Assembly: GCF_000143415.4 (NCBI RefSeq) | Contig: NW_003314264.1 | Location: 947,570 to 1,011,569 of the forward strand | From: Selaginella moellendorffii | Taxonomy: Eukaryota; Plantae; Lycopodiophyta | Reading direction: 5' to 3' | Length of the DNA stretch: 64,000 nucleotides | Shown: positions 63,301 through 64,000 of the stretch, piece by piece | Numbering within the stretch: the stretch's first letter is position 1 | Layout of the letters: each line of letters starts with the position of its first letter | Program-made: the position numbers and the translations under genes | The notes under the pieces: model-generated | Database searches by the model: none | Told to the model about the DNA's origin: nothing | What the model saw: the letters and a program-made list of their open reading frames with translations, nothing else

Positions 63301-63767
63301 CAACAGAGCTGGGTTTACCTTCGCGATTGCCACGAGCTCCTGATGCTAGGTCATGGGATCAATATTTGACAAGCATTCTTCCACTTGTCCGAGCAGAGTC
63401 TGCTGAACACTTAGGGCGTGTACAAGTGGGACAACAATGGCGCTACAATTCCCATCATCGTCCACTAGCGGAGTACAAAGTGGATGATTTGGTGTTAGTC
63501 TGTTTTCCCCATCTTACGGTACGTGGTTTATCTAAGGGGCTCCTTGCGCAGTGGAAAGGACCGTATCGGGTGTTGCGGCAAGTTGGACCACAAGTTTATG
63601 AGGTTCGGCATGACGTTCAGCAGGCCGATCCTCCGGAGATTGTGCATGTGCAGCGGTTAAAACGCTTCATACAAACGGATCAGGAGCAGTTAATACCGTC
63701 TACAGATCCACCGATGCCTCCTCTTGACGTTCCTCCAGATCCTGGCCCATCTACAAGAGAACCCTGA
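60308..63767 (+). pseudogene. pol: Pol of family C (protease-RT-RNase H-integrase), inactivated
   Basis: LVDTGS, ILGMDWL, FCIDYR, MPFGL, FIDD, DASDFG, HDS..GGH..C-x2-C, SDNG and YHPQSDG. There is a frameshift near 60490 and TAG stops at 62061-62063 and 62994-62996. Confidence 0.92.
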
Positions 63768-64000
63768 CGGCCTTCCATTATTCCGAGAGGAGGGGATGAT
63801 GTGAGGGCCAAGTGTACGGCTACGATGCCGTATACTAATATTAGCGTAGTGGATTTTGGTAGCCGTCGGATTGGTTTCAATCCGGACCACTCGCTCCTGT
63901 ATATAAGCTAGGGTTTTTGGGCTAATTGATATGCACATTTCTGTATTCCCTTTCCATATTCCATGCACTCACATATATATATACATATATATATATATAT

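Larger units (their letters stand above)
58984..63973 (+). mobile_element. Near-complete young Ty3/gypsy retrotransposon (family C, no chromodomain; possibly the Selgy lineage)
   Basis: 174-bp LTRs at 58984-59157 and 63800-63973 (TG..CA, 2 mismatches). PBS TGGTGGAGGTGAGGGG at 59159-59174, PPT GAGAGGAGGGGA before the 3' LTR. Domain order is gag, PR, RT, RH, IN. Confidence 0.96.

Overview
Eukaryotic plant DNA with compact genes and introns of about 50-90 nt. It looks like a lycophyte such as Selaginella, which is an inference from style, not a database match. There are three zones. (1) 1-20.3 kb is a nest of transposable elements: two opposed copies of a non-autonomous LTR element, a chromovirus 3' end, a broken old gypsy copy, a truncated gypsy whose gag carries a 5S-rRNA-bearing (Cassandra-like) insert, and a Sola/DUF7869-like DNA transposase with palindromic subterminal repeats. 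(2) 21-55.7 kb is a dense gene island: a near-perfect hairpin, DUF674, GDSL lipase, SCL splicing factor, BCL7-like BDH, MAPKBP1/WDR62-like, leishmanolysin-like M8 peptidase, STP sugar transporter, OPR/OYE, AIRP2-like RING, SAUR, TBL, a PPR gene and a PPR pseudogene. It also holds three copies of an unusual tRNA-like Pol III-type element (66 nt in the intact copies). (3) 56-64 kb has degenerate repeats, a 100-N gap, a TA/CA microsatellite and a young 5-kb gypsy element with 174-bp LTRs, a tRNA-Ala-type PBS and a reconstructable -1 frameshift signal (slippery heptamer plus pseudoknot). Best leads are the tRNA-like RNA family, the frameshift/pseudoknot gypsy associated with microsatellites, the 5S-bearing insert that could splice out in frame, and the candidate MIRNA hairpin. 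Exon boundaries and coordinates were read by eye and may be off by a few bases.
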